From Mobula hypostoma (taxonomy: Eukaryota), in contig NC_086107.1 of NCBI RefSeq assembly GCF_963921235.1, positions 106,332,001-106,396,000 of the forward strand: a DNA stretch of 64,000 nt, read 5' to 3'. The position numbers were made by a program, and so were the translations under genes. Shown here piece by piece: positions 35,509-48,329 of the stretch; position 1 is the stretch's first letter, and each line of letters begins with the position of its first letter. The notes under the pieces were generated by a model that did no database searches, was not told the DNA's origin, and was given only the letters and a program-made list of their open reading frames with translations.

Positions 35509-35834
35509 TGTGGCGCGTGGCCAAGTGGTTAGGGTATTGGGCTCATGATCTGAAGGCCATGGGTTCGAGTCTCGGCCAAGGCAGCGTGTGGTGTCTTTGA
35601 GCAAGGCACTTAACCACACACTGCTCCAGTCCACCCAGCTGAAAATGGGTACCGGCAAATGCTGGGGGTTAACCTCACGATAGACTGGCGTCCTATCCCG
35701 CGGGGGAGTCTCGTGGGGAGTCTCGGGGGACTCCCGCGGGGGGAGTCTCGTACTGTCAGTTGCTTCATGCCACAGAAACCGGCATAAGCACCAGCCTGAT
35801 GGGCCACAAGGCTCGGGACAGACTTTAACTTTTA
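35509..35834 (+). mobile_element. tRNA-derived SINE (tail type B)
   Basis: A box TGGCCAAGTGG, B box GTTCGAGTC, (actttta) tail and an 11-bp TSD actctcacctt at 35498-35508 and 35835-35845. Confidence 0.85.
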
Positions 35835-36000
35835 ACTCTCACCTTCAATGTATGCCCTGTGGTATTAGTCATTTCTATCCTAGATAAAAGATACCCCCTG
35901 TCTACTCTGTCTGTGCCTCTCATAATCTTTTAAACCTCTATCAGATCTCCTCTCAGTCTCCGGCCTGCAGAGAAATCAACCCAAGTATGTCAAGTCTCTC

Positions 36001-37172
36001 ATAGTCATACTTTATTGATCCCGGGGGAAATTGGTTTTCGTTACAGTTGCACCATAAATAATAAATAGTAATAGAACCATAAATAGTTAAATAGTAATAT
36101 GTAAATTATGAAATAAGTCCAGGACCAGCCTATCAGCTCAGGGTGTCTGACCCTCCAAGGGAGGAGTTGTAAAGTTTGATGGCCACAGGCAGGAATGACT
36201 TCCTATGATGCTCTGTGCTGCATCTCGGTGGAATGAGTCTCTGGCTGAATGTACTCCTGTGCCCAACCAGTACATTATGTAGTGGATGGGAGACATTGTC
36301 CAAGATGGCATGCAACTTAGACAGCATCCTCTTTTCAGACATCACCGTCAGAGAGTCCAGTTCCATCCCCACAACATCACCGGCCTTACGAATGAGTTTG
36401 TTGATTCTGTTGGTGTCTGCCACCCTCAGCCTGCTGCCCCAGCACACAACAGCAAACATGATAGCACTGGCCACCACAGACTCGTAGAACATCCTCAGCA
36501 TCATCCGGCAGATGTTAAAGGACCTCAGTCTCCTCAGGAAATAGAGACAGTTCTGACCCTTCTTGTAGACAGCCTCAGTGTTCTTTGACCAGTCCAGTTT
36601 ATTGTCAATTTGTATCCCCAGGTATTTGTAATCCTCCACCACGTCCACACTGACCCTCTGGATGGAAACAGGGGTTACTGGTACCTTAGCTCTCCTCAGG
36701 TGTACCACCAGCTCCTTAGTCTTTTTCACATTAAGCTGCAAATAATTCTGCTCACACCATGTGACAAAGTTTCCTACCGTAGCCCTGTACTCAACCTCAT
36801 CTCCCTTGCTGATGCATCCAACTATGGCAGAGTCATCAGAAAACTTCTGAAGATGACAAGACTCTGTGCAGTAGTTGAAGTCGGAGGTGTAAATGGTGAA
36901 GAGAAAGGGAGACAAGACAGTCCCCTGTGGAGCCCCAGTGCTGCTGATCACTCTGTCGGACACACAGTGTTGCAAGCACACTTACTGTGGTCTGCCAGTC
37001 AGGTAATCAAGAATCCATGATACCAGGAAAGCATCCACCTGCATCACTGTCAGCTTCTCCCCCAGCAGAGCAGGGAGGATAGTGTTGAACGCACTGGAGA
37101 AGTCAAAAAATATGACCCTCACAGTGCTCGCTGGCTTGTGCAGGTGGGCGTAGACACGGTTCAGCAGGTAGA
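36001..37172 (-). mobile_element. Rex1/Babar-like LINE RT segment (young, long open frame) nested in a CR1
   Basis: 282-aa ORF with GAPQGTVLSPFLFTIYTSD, KFSDD and YKYLG. CR1 sequence continues on both sides. Confidence 0.88.
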
Positions 37173-37264
37173 CTCATGCCAGCACATGTCCTCTAAACCA
37201 GGCAGCATCCTGGTAAACCTCTTCTGCACCCTCTCCAAAGCCTCAACATCCTTCCTGTGGTAGG

Positions 37265-37905
37265 GCATTACTATCACGCTAGGTGTCAAAATGGTGGATG
37301 TGACGCGTCTAGGGTGGTAGTGTAGTGGATCGTGTTTGTCGCTCTCACTTTCAGCTCCCACCACTGGCCAGCAGTCTTGCAAAAAGGAGAGCTGAACATG
37401 CAAGTCTCTCCCTGCCAGTAGATAGCCTGTCCGACAGCAAGCCTCATGTTGTGCCTCGTTGTTGGCGACACATAGAAACTGAACTCCTTTCGGACTCAGG
37501 CTGAGTTACAGAGGACGGGGAGGAGGTCTAGACCCTGCACGCGGGTAGCACGGAGGCCCACCAGTGTGTGGACACACCCTGGTGCTCATGAACCATATCC
37601 CCAGCTAGGGGTAAATAGCCCCACTGCCTGTGAGCAGCCTCGGGAGAGACGAAGGCTACGGGAGTAAACCCAGGGTGGAGCCCCTATGGCGGCTGGACAT
37701 CATTGAACATCCTTCCGGCAGCTCCTGCTGCCAAGCTGGTGCCAACGTATTGCTTCAACAGCTTTCCTTTGGACTACGTGGTGAGGCCGAGAGGGGGATC
37801 TTGACAACTGGGCATCTCAGGATCTCTGTATCTCCGCCCAGGCTTGTGATGATGATCGCACCCATTGCCCTTCAAGACAGACGGATGCCAACCACTATAA
37901 CGTCA
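37265..37905 (+). mobile_element. Unclassified noncoding retro-element-like insertion
   Basis: Its 3' end gac..acggatgcc resembles the tail of the SINE at 33567-33888. Single copy in the window. Confidence 0.35.
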
Positions 37906-38178
37906 GAAACGAAACACGCTGGACAACGTACAGAGTGAGAGCTATGAACTGTGCCAGCCGAGACAAAAGACATGCACACTCAAAAGCCTTCACGAAAAAT
38001 ATAGAGCCCTCTGCACGTCGGAGGCCCAAGCGATTCGCTGCGCGATCGATCGGCCGCAATTGATCTGATACGGTTCAGGTAGGTCAAGCAGAAGATGGGA
38101 GTACGCAGTAGGCAGCAGGACTATCTACAGAACAACCTTGGGGTCCATGCCCCCAGCTCCCTGAAAGCGGCAAAGCAG

Positions 38179-38874
38179 TAACACAAAATACTCGGCAGAT
38201 GCTGGGGTCAAAGCAACACGCACAACACGCTGGAGGAACTCAGCAGGTCAGGCAGCATCTGTGGAAACGAACGGTCAACGTTTCGGGCCGAGACCCTTTG
38301 TCAGGACTGTAGGGGGAAGGGGCAGAGGCCCTATAAAGAAGGTGGGGGGAGGGTGGGAAGGAGAAGGCTGGTAGGTTCCAGGTGAGAAACCAGTAAGGGG
38401 AAAGATAAAGGGGTGGGGGAGGGGAAGCAGGGAGGTGATGGGCAGGAAAGGTGAAGAAAGAATAGAGGAAAACACAATGGGTAGTAGAAGGAGGCAGAAC
38501 CATGAGGGAGGTGATAGGCAGCTGGGGGAGGGGGCGGAGTGACATAGGGATAGAGGAAGGGAGGGGAGGGGAATTACCGGAAGTTGGAGAATTCAATGTT
38601 CATACCAAGGGGCTGGAGACTACCCAGACGGTATATGAGGTATTGCTCCTCCAACCTAAGTTTAGCCTCATCATGGCAGTAGAGGAGGCCATGTATGGAC
38701 ATATCCAAATGGGAATGGGAAGCACAGTTGAAGTGGGTGGCAACCGGGAGATCCCGTCTGTTGTGGCGGACGGAGCGGAGGTGCTCGACGAAGCGGTCCC
38801 CCAATCTGGGTCGGGTCTCACCGATGTAGAGGAGGCTGCACCAGGAGCACCAGATGCAATAGATGACCCCAACA
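38179..38874 (-). mobile_element. Penelope-like element 3' end (GIY-YIG domain plus mutated hammerhead)
   Basis: GVIYCIWCSWCSLLYIGETRPRLGDRFVEH...GMNIEFSNFR* and a CTGACAA...GAAA motif at 38271-38310. Confidence 0.88.
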
Positions 38875-41800
38875 AAAGCGGTAATGACAATAAACGCATG
38901 GTTGTATCCATCAGGATGAGTGATGACCTGATAGAGATGTACAAGATGAGAAGAGGCATGGATAAAGAGGTCAGACAGCACCTTTTTCCCAGGGAAGAAA
39001 CTGCTGATACTAGACGGCATAATTTCAAGGTAATTGGAGGAAAGTGTAGGAGGGACGTCAGAGATAGATTTTTCTTTTACACAGAGAGTGGTGGGTGCAT
39101 GGAACATACTCCCAGGGGTGGAGGTAGAGGCAGATACATTAGGGACAGTTAAGATACTCTTAGATAGGCACATAGACGAAAGAAAATTGGAAGGCTATGT
39201 AGGAGGAAAGTGTTAGACTGATCTTCATCTGCCATGTCATATGATGTGGGCGATCATGGTCTTCCACCTCTCTTTATTTGGGGTGGCACAGTGGTTAGCA
39301 CGACCCGGGTTCAATTCCCGCCGCTGCCTGTAAGGAGTTTGTACGTTCTCCACGTGCCCGCGTGGGTTTCCTCCGGGTGCCCCAGTTTCCTCCTACAGTC
39401 CAAAGACGTACTTGTTGGTGAGTTAATTGGTCACTGTAACTTGTCCTGTGATTAAGCCAGGGTTAAATTGGTGGTGGGGGGGTTACCTGTAGGGTTCTTA
39501 CTCTTTTTTTCTATCCATGATCATAATTGTTCTTGGAAATTTTTTCAAAGGAGTGGTTTGCCATCGCCTTCTTCTGGGCAGTGTCTTTACAAAATGAGTG
39601 ACCCCAGCCATTATCAATACTCTTCAGAGATTGTCTGCCTGGCATCAGTGGTCACAAAACCAGGATTTGTGATATGCACCGGCTGCTCTTACGACCTGCT
39701 CCCATGGCTTCACATGATCCTGATCGGGTGGTGGGTGCTAAGAAGGTGCTACACCTTGCCCAAGGGTGACCTCAGGCCAGCAGAGGGAAGGAGAGCCTTA
39801 CACCGCCTTTGGTAGAGAAGTATCTCCACCCTGCTATCCTAAGATTGATCTTAGATTACAGTAACAGGTCAGTACAACATCGTGGGCTGAATGATCTGCA
39901 CTGTGCTGTACTGCTCGATGTTCTGAGTTCATTGTTCAGAGTGCTGAATATAATCAAATCAAATTTAATTATCATTCAACCATACGTGGACACAGCCAAA
40001 CAAAACAGCTTTCCTCTGGGGCCAAGGTGCAAAGCATACACAGCACATTTAAAATAGCGAGCAAAAAAAACATAGTCATGCTAAAAAAAAACACTCATAT
40101 ATAGTCCAAGACCCTGAGTAACATGTCCTGCAAATTGATGGTACATTTCCAGCCTGTCATTCCACCGAATGAACACAAGAGGACAGCACTGAAGGGAGAG
40201 GCCAGCCCCCAACCGAGTGCAGACGCCACGCTACACTGCCTCCTGCATCTCCTCCCTGCACTGCAGATGCAGGCAAGCCCGCGGCTCGAGGCCTAATCCT
40301 CGCTACAACTGAGGCTGCGCATCTCCCATGCCTCCTGTCTTGCGACCAAGCAAGGGAAACAGGCCTGCGGCATTTTACATTACCAATGTCCAACAGGGTC
40401 TTGCGATTGCAAGAGAAACGTCCAAGGCAGTCACCCACAGTTACACTGCATGCCACCTTCGCAGACCAACTCCAATGCCTTCGAGTAGCGGGCAGCAACA
40501 CGGTCTGACCCAGGTTAGCTCCTCCAACCCGCCAGCCGCCTTCTCCTTCTCCGATATACCGGTCGGCTCCTTCAACACCTCTGATCAACAAGTAGTTCAC
40601 TGATACGGTAGACCTACTGCTCCTTAAGTTCTCGGAGTCTAGTATAGTCTTGTGATCATTAAAAAAAACATTTAACAAAGAGAAAAAACACCTTTGGTTG
40701 GCCCCTGAGAGGTCACTGCGTTCAAATGCTCTGCCTTCTTACCAGAAAAAGTTGAGAAGTCATGTAGCAGTTGCATAAAACTTTGGTTAGGTCACAATTT
40801 GGAATATTTTGTGTATTTCCGATCACCGCATAAGATATATTATATTATATATTATGTTGTAGAAGAGAATCACCAGGATGTTACCTAGATTCAAGAGTAT
40901 CAGGTATAAGGAGTCATCATTCCCCTTCATTCACACCTGGACTCTCACATTCCCTGCTAACTTGTGCTCCTCCCCTCTCCCTACCTTTCATTCCAGCCCT
41001 CTTCCTGTCCTGTCCTGTCCTGACGAAGGGTCTCGGTCTGAAACACCGACCATTCATTCTCCTCCACAGATGCTGCCTGAGCTGTTGAGTCCTTCCAGAA
41101 CTTTGTGTGTGTTTCCCTCATTGGCAGATCCTCCTGTGTCTCTGTTGGACTGTTTCTCCTGGAGTCTCGGGGGCTGAGGGATGGCTGATACAAAACACAT
41201 ACTTATGAGGAGCGGTTTTAGGGTTGATAGTCGGAGTCCTTTTCCCCAGGGTAGAAATGTCAAATACTAGGGGCATAAGTTGAGAAGGGGAAAGTGTAAA
41301 GGAGATTTCCGAAGCAAGTTTTTATACAGAGGGTGGTAGTACACTCACTTGGCTGGAGTAAAATGTTCTCCAAAGTCAGGCGTTCTCGAGCTTTCTTATG
41401 CCATGGACCAATACCATTAAGCATGGGGTCTGTGAATCCCTGTCCTAAGTGGTTAACGGAGAATGTTTGTGCGTGACTTTATTGAGCATGTGGAGGCTGA
41501 TACACGGGGGGGCCACCACACCGTCCTTGACAGATCGTGGTCAGGGTCCAGTAGCACGGAGTGCAAGGTGACTGGGGACCCTTCATCGCCGTTGTGATGT
41601 GTTGTCATCTTCCGCCAGCTCCGCCGCTGAGGTCTTGGTTGAATCGATCTTTGTCTGGGACCTCCTTCTTGAGCTTACCGCTATGGGTGACTGTACCAGG
41701 ACCTAAGTTCCAGACAGGATCACCCTTGGGATCGGAGGAACTCACAAGCCTCTTGAGGTGATGATTCTCAGAGAAGACAGAGTGGTACATGCCTAGAACA

Positions 41801-42384
41801 CTCTGCCAGGGGAAATGGTGGAAGATATAAGAGGCACTTGAACAGGAAGGGATATAGACCAGGTGCAGGCATGGGTTGCCAATAGTCTTTTATTGTAAGG
41901 GGCATCATGCATTTACATAGAACAAAAGGTTGAAGGGTTTATTTTAACATCGGAGAATGTGTACCATATACAACCTGAAATTCTTACTCTTCACAGACAA
42001 CCATAGAATGAATGATAGAAACATTGAAGGCCCGAAGCCCCCCCCCCCCCCGGTTTTGCACAATTTTCAACAAACGTTGTTGACATCTGTGGCGTCCAGA
42101 CTGGAGTCAGTGCTTCCCAACAACCCCCCCACCCCATTCCCTCACCCCCGCCCCGGTGTTCGCTCAGCAGAAGACAAGCTGTGTCGTTATCGTCTGCAAA
42201 TCTTGGCGGTGTTGGAAGGCTTGACTTTGGACTCTTCTATCGTGTGGCTGTATCTTTCTATCTTATACGTGTTATGTCTGATTTGTGCCGTCTGTGACTG
42301 TTGGTACTGCACTTTGCACTTTCACCCTGGAGTAAGACTGTCTCGTTCGGCTGTATTGATGACTATTCATGTAAGCTTGAATGA

Positions 42385-43980
42385 CCATAAAATCATAAGA
42401 TATAGGAGCAGAATTAAGCCATTTGGCCCATCGAGTCTGCTCTGCCATTTCATCATGGCTGATCCAATTTTCCTCTCAGCCCTAATCTGCTGTCTTCCCC
42501 CTGTATCTCTTCACGCCCTGACCAATCAAGAATTTATCAACCTCTGCCTTAAATATACATAAAGACCTGACCTCTACAACTGCCTGTGGCAAAGAATTCC
42601 ACAGATTCACCACTCTCTGGCTAAATAAATTACTCATCTCCATTCTAGAAGGATTCTCCTCTATTCTGAGGCTCTGTCTCCTGGTCTTAGACTCTCCCAC
42701 CATCCTCTCCACATCCACTCTATCGAGGCCTTTCACCATTTGATAGATTTCAATGAGGTCACCCCTCATTCTTCTGAATTCTAGTGAACCATCAAACACT
42801 CTTCACATGACAAGCGGTTCAATCCGGAATCATTTTCGTGAACCTGCTTAGAGCCCTGCCCAATGTCAGCACATCTTTTTGAAGGTAAGGGGCCCAAAAC
42901 TGCTCACAATACTCCAAGTGACACCACATCAGTGCTTTATAAAGTCTCAACATTACGTCCTTGTTTTTTTATTCTAGTCCTCTTGAAATGAATGCTAACA
43001 TCGCATTTGCCTTCCTCACCACAGACTCAACCTGAAAATTAACCTTTAGGGAATCCTGCACAAGGACTCCCAAATCCCTTTGTGCCTCAGTTTTTTGCAT
43101 TTTCTCTTCATGTAGAAATAGTCAACCCTTTCATTTCTTCTACCAAAGTGCATGACCATACACTTTCCAACACTGTGTTCCATCTGCCATTTCTTTGCCC
43201 ATTCTCTGTCATAATCCGTTTAAGTCCTTCGGTAGCCTTTCTACTTCCTCAAAACTACCTGCCCCTCCATCTATCTTCATATCATCTGCAAACAATATAT
43301 CTTCTGCAGACCCCTGTGGAACCCCACTAGTCATCAGCAGCCAATCAGAAAAGGCTCCCTTTATTCCCACTCTTTGCCTCCTGCCAATCAGCCACGACTT
43401 TATCAATGCTAGAAGCTTTCCTGTAATAGCATGGGCTCATAGCTTGTTATTCAGCCTCAAGTGTGGCAACTTGTCAAAGACCTTCAGAAAGTCCAAGTAC
43501 ACAACATCAACCAATTCTCCTTTGTTTATCCCGCTTGTTATTCCTTCAAAGAATTCTAACAGATTTGTCAGGCAAGACTTTCCTTTGAGGAAACCATGCT
43601 GACTGTGGCCTATTTTATCATGTGCCACCAAGTACCCCAAGACCTCGTCCTTCATCATTGACTCCAACATCTTCCCAGCCATTGAGGTCAGACTAACTGA
43701 CCCATAGTTTCCTTTCTTCTGCCTCTTTCCCTTCTTGAAGAGTGGAGTGACATTTGCAAGATTCCATTCTTCCAGAACCATTCCAGAATCCAGTGATTCT
43801 TAAAAGATCATTACTAATGTCTCCACAATCTCTTCAGCCACCTCTTTCAGGACCGTGGGGTGTTCACCATCTGGTCCAGGTGACTCATCTACCTTCAGAC
43901 CTTTTAGTTTCCCAAGAACCTTCTCTCTAGTAACAGTAACTTCACACACTTCATGACCCCTGACACCTGGAACTTCCACC
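42385..43980 (-). mobile_element. CR1 LINE RT and 3' end
   Basis: WNLANVTPLFKKG, QHGFLKGKSCLTNL, VPQG, FADD. Confidence 0.85.
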
Positions 43981-44479
43981 TTATGACAATTGAACCTGCG
44001 CTGAATTGAATTGAAGTGAAAGTATTATCATGGGAAAAGAAAGGCTTCAAACTCTATTGGTTTGCCAGGGTACAGACCCGTCTCTAAAGCTAGACAGTAA
44101 TGCAGGTCATGTATAACATACTGACTAATTGCAGAAATAATATTTGGAAACAATATAATTAGTGGCTGTGTACCACAGCGCACTGTTAGGAAATCATTAG
44201 GATCAATAGTTTCTAATTGACGTGGAATAATCAGGGACCAGGTCTGCACAGGAGTTGTTAAGAAAACAGTCAGTATATCCGAGATATAATGTTGGCAGAC
44301 TTAATTACTATGAAAGCACTCGTGACCAGTGCAATTGCTCCTTTCTATCTGTGTTTGCAAAGCACACCGACTGTTCTGAACTGGATGATCCGCGAAGTAC
44401 AATAATTAACCAGACACATACTGAGCTCCTGTAGTGAAACACTGAGAGGGATTTCTCAAGGGGAGGTGGATACAAGCAG

Positions 44480-45050
44480 AAGACAGAGGAGCAGAATTAG
44501 GCCATTCATCCCATCAAGACTGTTCTACCATTTGATCCCTCTCAACCCCATTCTCCTGCCTTCTCCCCGTAACCTTTGATGCCGACTAATCAAGAGCCTA
44601 TCAACCTCCACCTTAAATATACCCAATGACTTGGCCTCCCCAGTCGTATGTGGCAATAAGTTCCACAGATTCACCTCCAGCTGAAGAAATTCCTTCCCAT
44701 CTCTGTTCTAAAGGGGTATCCCCGTGTTCTGGGGCTGCGTCCTCTAGTCCTTGAATCTGCCACTATTGGAAACATTCTCCTCACACCCACTCTGTTTGGG
44801 CCTCTCAATATTCGATAAGTTTCATTGCGATCCCCCCCCCCCACCCCCCAATTCTTCTAAACTCCAGCGAGTACGGGCCCAGGGCCATCAAATGCTCCTC
44901 ATACATTAACCATTTCATTCCCTGGATTACTCTTGTGAACTTCCTCTTGACCCTCTCCAATGCCAGCATATCTTTCCTCAGAGAAGGGGCCCAAAACTGC
45001 TCAAAATACTCTGTGTGGTCTGTCCAATGCCTGATAAAGCCTCAGCATGG
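44480..45050 (-). mobile_element. CR1 3' fragment
   Basis: Similar to the other CR1 3' ends in the window. Confidence 0.7.
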
Positions 45051-45814
45051 CATATGGACTTGGATATTTGTCTTCTGCTTTGGAATAAATATGTAAAAAT
45101 CTCTTCTTTTTCCAACTTTCTTACAGCCTCCTTCAACCACTCCAAGAACATTTGTGCTCATCAGTTCTAGTTTCTTCCTCATCCCCGAGTTCAATTGCAC
45201 CATCCCTGGCGGCCATAACTTCAGCTCATCTGGTCTCTCTCCAATGCTGCCACATTCTTTCTTAGGTAAGAGGCCCAAACCTGTTCACAATGGTTGCAAT
45301 GTGAGACTGAGTTCGGCCCAGTGGCATAGGGGGACCTCAAGCCTCTAATTCAAGGCAGGAAGGTCCAAAGAGGGATTGAGAGATTGGACAACCAGGGTGA
45401 AAATGAGCTGGAGAATAAATGAATGGTCCTGGGGATGGAGGGGGATGGCTGGACGGAGGGGGAAGCATGAGGAAAGGATGCTCTCATGTTCTGCAGAGGC
45501 AGGGGTGGGGAATAGCCTGAGATTTGGAACCCGGCTTCAGTAAGGCCGATAACCATTCACCAGTAACAGCACCACCCAAAAGGTCTAATAACTTAAAACA
45601 AGCTGCTGGAGGAACTTGCTGGGTGGGAGAAATGGAGGGTTGAAGTTTCGGGTGAGACCCTCCACATGGACTGAGAGATAGAGGGGAGGCAGCCAGATTA
45701 AGGAGGTGAGAGGAGCCAAAGGAGTGGGGAGAGGGCTGGCAAGTAGCAAGGTGGATCCAGGTGATGAGGTGAGCTTTTTGTTTGTTTATTTGTTTGTTTG
45801 TTCATTTATTTACT

Positions 45815-46068
45815 GACATACACCATGGAGTATGCCTTCCGGCTCCTTCCAGCCACGCCATTTAGCATTCCCCTAATCCAGTCCTAGCCAAATCAAGGGA
45901 CAATTTGCAATGACCCAATTAACCTGCCATTTGGTGTGTCTTTGAAGTGGGGGAGAAAACGGGAGCGGTCACGGGGAGAACGTACAAACTCCAACAGGCA
46001 GCAGCGGGAATTGAATCCGGGTCGCCGGTACCGTAAAGCGTTGCGCTAACCACTACGCTCCCGTGCCG
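45815..46068 (-). mobile_element. V-type tRNA-SINE
   Basis: ggagcgtagtggttagcgc head and gagtttgtacgttctccccgtgacc V-domain. Confidence 0.65.
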
Positions 46069-46663
46069 CTCCAGATAGGCATTTGGAGGAGCGAGGAGGG
46101 GAAAGAGCAACAGCGACTGGGAGGTGAGGGGCGGAGGCAACACGTGTAGGTCGCCAGGACTGCGAAGCTGGAGTTTTTTGTAGTTGGGGCAATTTAACCT
46201 GGGTGTTCAAAAGCTTGTGGGGTTTATTAAAATGGGGGGGGGGGTAGAACTGCTTCCAAGGGGACAGAGAGATCAGTGAGAGTGGGGAAAGAACGTGAGA
46301 AGGGCGCGGATTTAAATGCAGCATAGAGTTGCAATGTGGAGCATACTGCCAGGAGGCAGGTACGACAGCAGAAACGGTGAACGTGTGTTGGATTGCAACA
46401 TTTAAGAGAAGTGTGGGTAAGTACTTGGCTGGGAGGGGTATGGAGGACTATGGTCCGGGTTTCGATTCGATGGGACCAGTCAGAATTACGGTTCAGCATG
46501 GACTAGATGGGTAGAAGAGCCTGCTTCTGTGCTGTACTGGTCTATGGCAGGAACTTTCACAAAATCACAGAACAGTACAGCACAGGAACAGGCCATTCGG
46601 CCCACAATCTTGTGCTGAACCGGCTAAAAAAACAAATCAAAAACACCCAAACACTAATCCCTC

Positions 46664-47117
46664 CTGATCGTTTCCACGGATGCTGCCCAACCTGCTGAGT
46701 TCCTCCAGCGTGTTGTGAGTGTTGCTTTGACCCCAGCACCTGCAGAGTATTTTGTGTTTACGATTTGCTACTCCGCTGCGGTCTTCGGGGTTTGCCTACC
46801 CTGAAGAAGTTTAAATCTTCCCTTTGACGGGAGTTCAGTGAGACCCTCTCTCACTGCTCCCCCTCTGTGATCTCCGCCTCTCTCCAACTCTCTGACCAGA
46901 TCCCCTTACTTTTCACCTGGAACCTACCAGCCTTCTTCTTTCCACCCTTCCCCCACCTTCTTTATAGGGCCTCTGCCCCTTCCCTCTTCAGTCCTGACGA
47001 AGGGTTCCGGCCTGAAACGTTGACTGATCATTTCCACGGATTCTGCCTGACCTGCTGAGTTCCTCCAGCGTGTTTTGAGTGTTGCTTTGACCCCAGCATC
47101 TGCAGTGTTTTGTGTTT
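46664..47117 (+). mobile_element. Compact non-autonomous Penelope-derived unit with a direct terminal repeat and hammerhead (retrozyme-like)
   Basis: 11-bp TSD actaatccctc (46653-46663 and 47118-47128) and a direct repeat of about 95 bp (46664-46760 and 47024-47118). Confidence 0.8.
46988..47027 (+). ncRNA. Minimal type I hammerhead ribozyme, best-preserved copy; predicted cleavage after 47021
   Basis: TCAGTC-CTGACGA-A-GGGT(TCCG)GCCT-GAAA-CG-TT-GACTGA: 6-bp stem I, intact core, palindromic AACGTT in place of stem III. Confidence 0.75.
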
Positions 47118-47517
47118 ACTAATCCCTCGTACCTACACCATGTCCATATCCCTCCATCTTCCTTACACCCATGTGCCTATCTAAACAACTCTTAAAATAA
47201 AAGCCTCTAATGTCTTTGCCTCTACCACCGTACCAGGCAGCACATTTCAGGCATCCACCACTCTCTGAGTAAAAAAAACTTATCCCTCACATTCCCCTTG
47301 AACCTATCCCCCCTCACCTTCAGTGCATGCCCTCTGGTATAAGACATCTCCACCCTGGGTAATGGATACTCCCTGTCCACTCTATCGATGCCTCTCATAA
47401 TCTTGTAAACCTCTATCAGATCTCCCCTCAGCCTCCGACGCTCCAGAGAAAACAACCCAAGTTTATCCAGCCTCTCGTGATAGCACATGCCCTCTAAACC
47501 AAGCAGCATTCTGGTAA

Positions 47518-48329
47518 CACACATCAAAGTTGCCGGTGAACGCAGCAGGCCAGGCAGCATCTCTAGGAAGGGGTACAGTTGACGTTTTTGGGCTGAGACC
47601 CTTCGTCAGGACTAACTGAAGGAAGAGCTAGTAATAGATTTGAAAGTGGGAGGGGGAGGGGGAGGGGGAGATCCGAAATGATAGGAGAAGACAGGAGGGG
47701 GAGGGATGGAGCCAAGAGCTGGACAGGTGATTGGCAAAAGGGATACGAGAAGATCATGGGACAGGAGGCCTAGGGAGAAAGAAAAGGGGGAGGGGGGGAA
47801 GCCCAGAGGATGGGCAAGGGGTACAGTGAGAGGGACAGAGGGAGAAAAAGGAGAGGGAGAAAAAGAATGTGGGTATATAAATAACGGATGGGGTACGAGG
47901 GGGAGGTGGGGCATTAGCGGAAGTTAGAGAAGTCAATGTTCATACCATCAGGTTGGAGGCTACCCAGATGGACTATAAGGTGTTGTTCCTCCAACCTGAG
48001 TGTGGCTTCATCTTTACAGTAGAGGAGGCCGTGGTCAGACATGTCAGAATGGGAATGGGATGTGGAATTAAAATGCATGGCCACTGGGAGATCCTGCTTT
48101 CTCTGGCGGACAGAGTGTAGGTGTTCAGCGAAATGATCTCCCAGTCTGCGTCGGGTCTTGCTAATATATAAAAGGCCACATCGGGAGCACCGGACGCAGT
48201 ATATCACCCCAGCCGACTCACAGGTGAAGTGTCGCCTCACCTGGAAGGACTGTCTGGGGCCCTGAATGGTGGTAAGGGAGGAAGTGTAAGGGCATGTGTA
48301 GCACTTGTTCCGCTTACAAGGATAAGTGC
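47518..48329 (-). mobile_element. Penelope-like element 3' end with GIY-YIG endonuclease, nested in a CR1
   Basis: FTCESAGVIYCVRCSRCGLLYISKT..EH..HFN..GMNIDFSNFR* and a perfect 14-bp TSD cagcattctggtaa (47504-47517 and 48330-48343). Confidence 0.9.

Noticed and set aside
37310..37395. HDV-like ribozyme at the 5' end of the unclassified element
   Set aside because: P1- and P2-like pairings exist (GGTGG/CCACC, GCTCTC/GAGAGC), but there is no room for P3-L3 and no clear catalytic junction.
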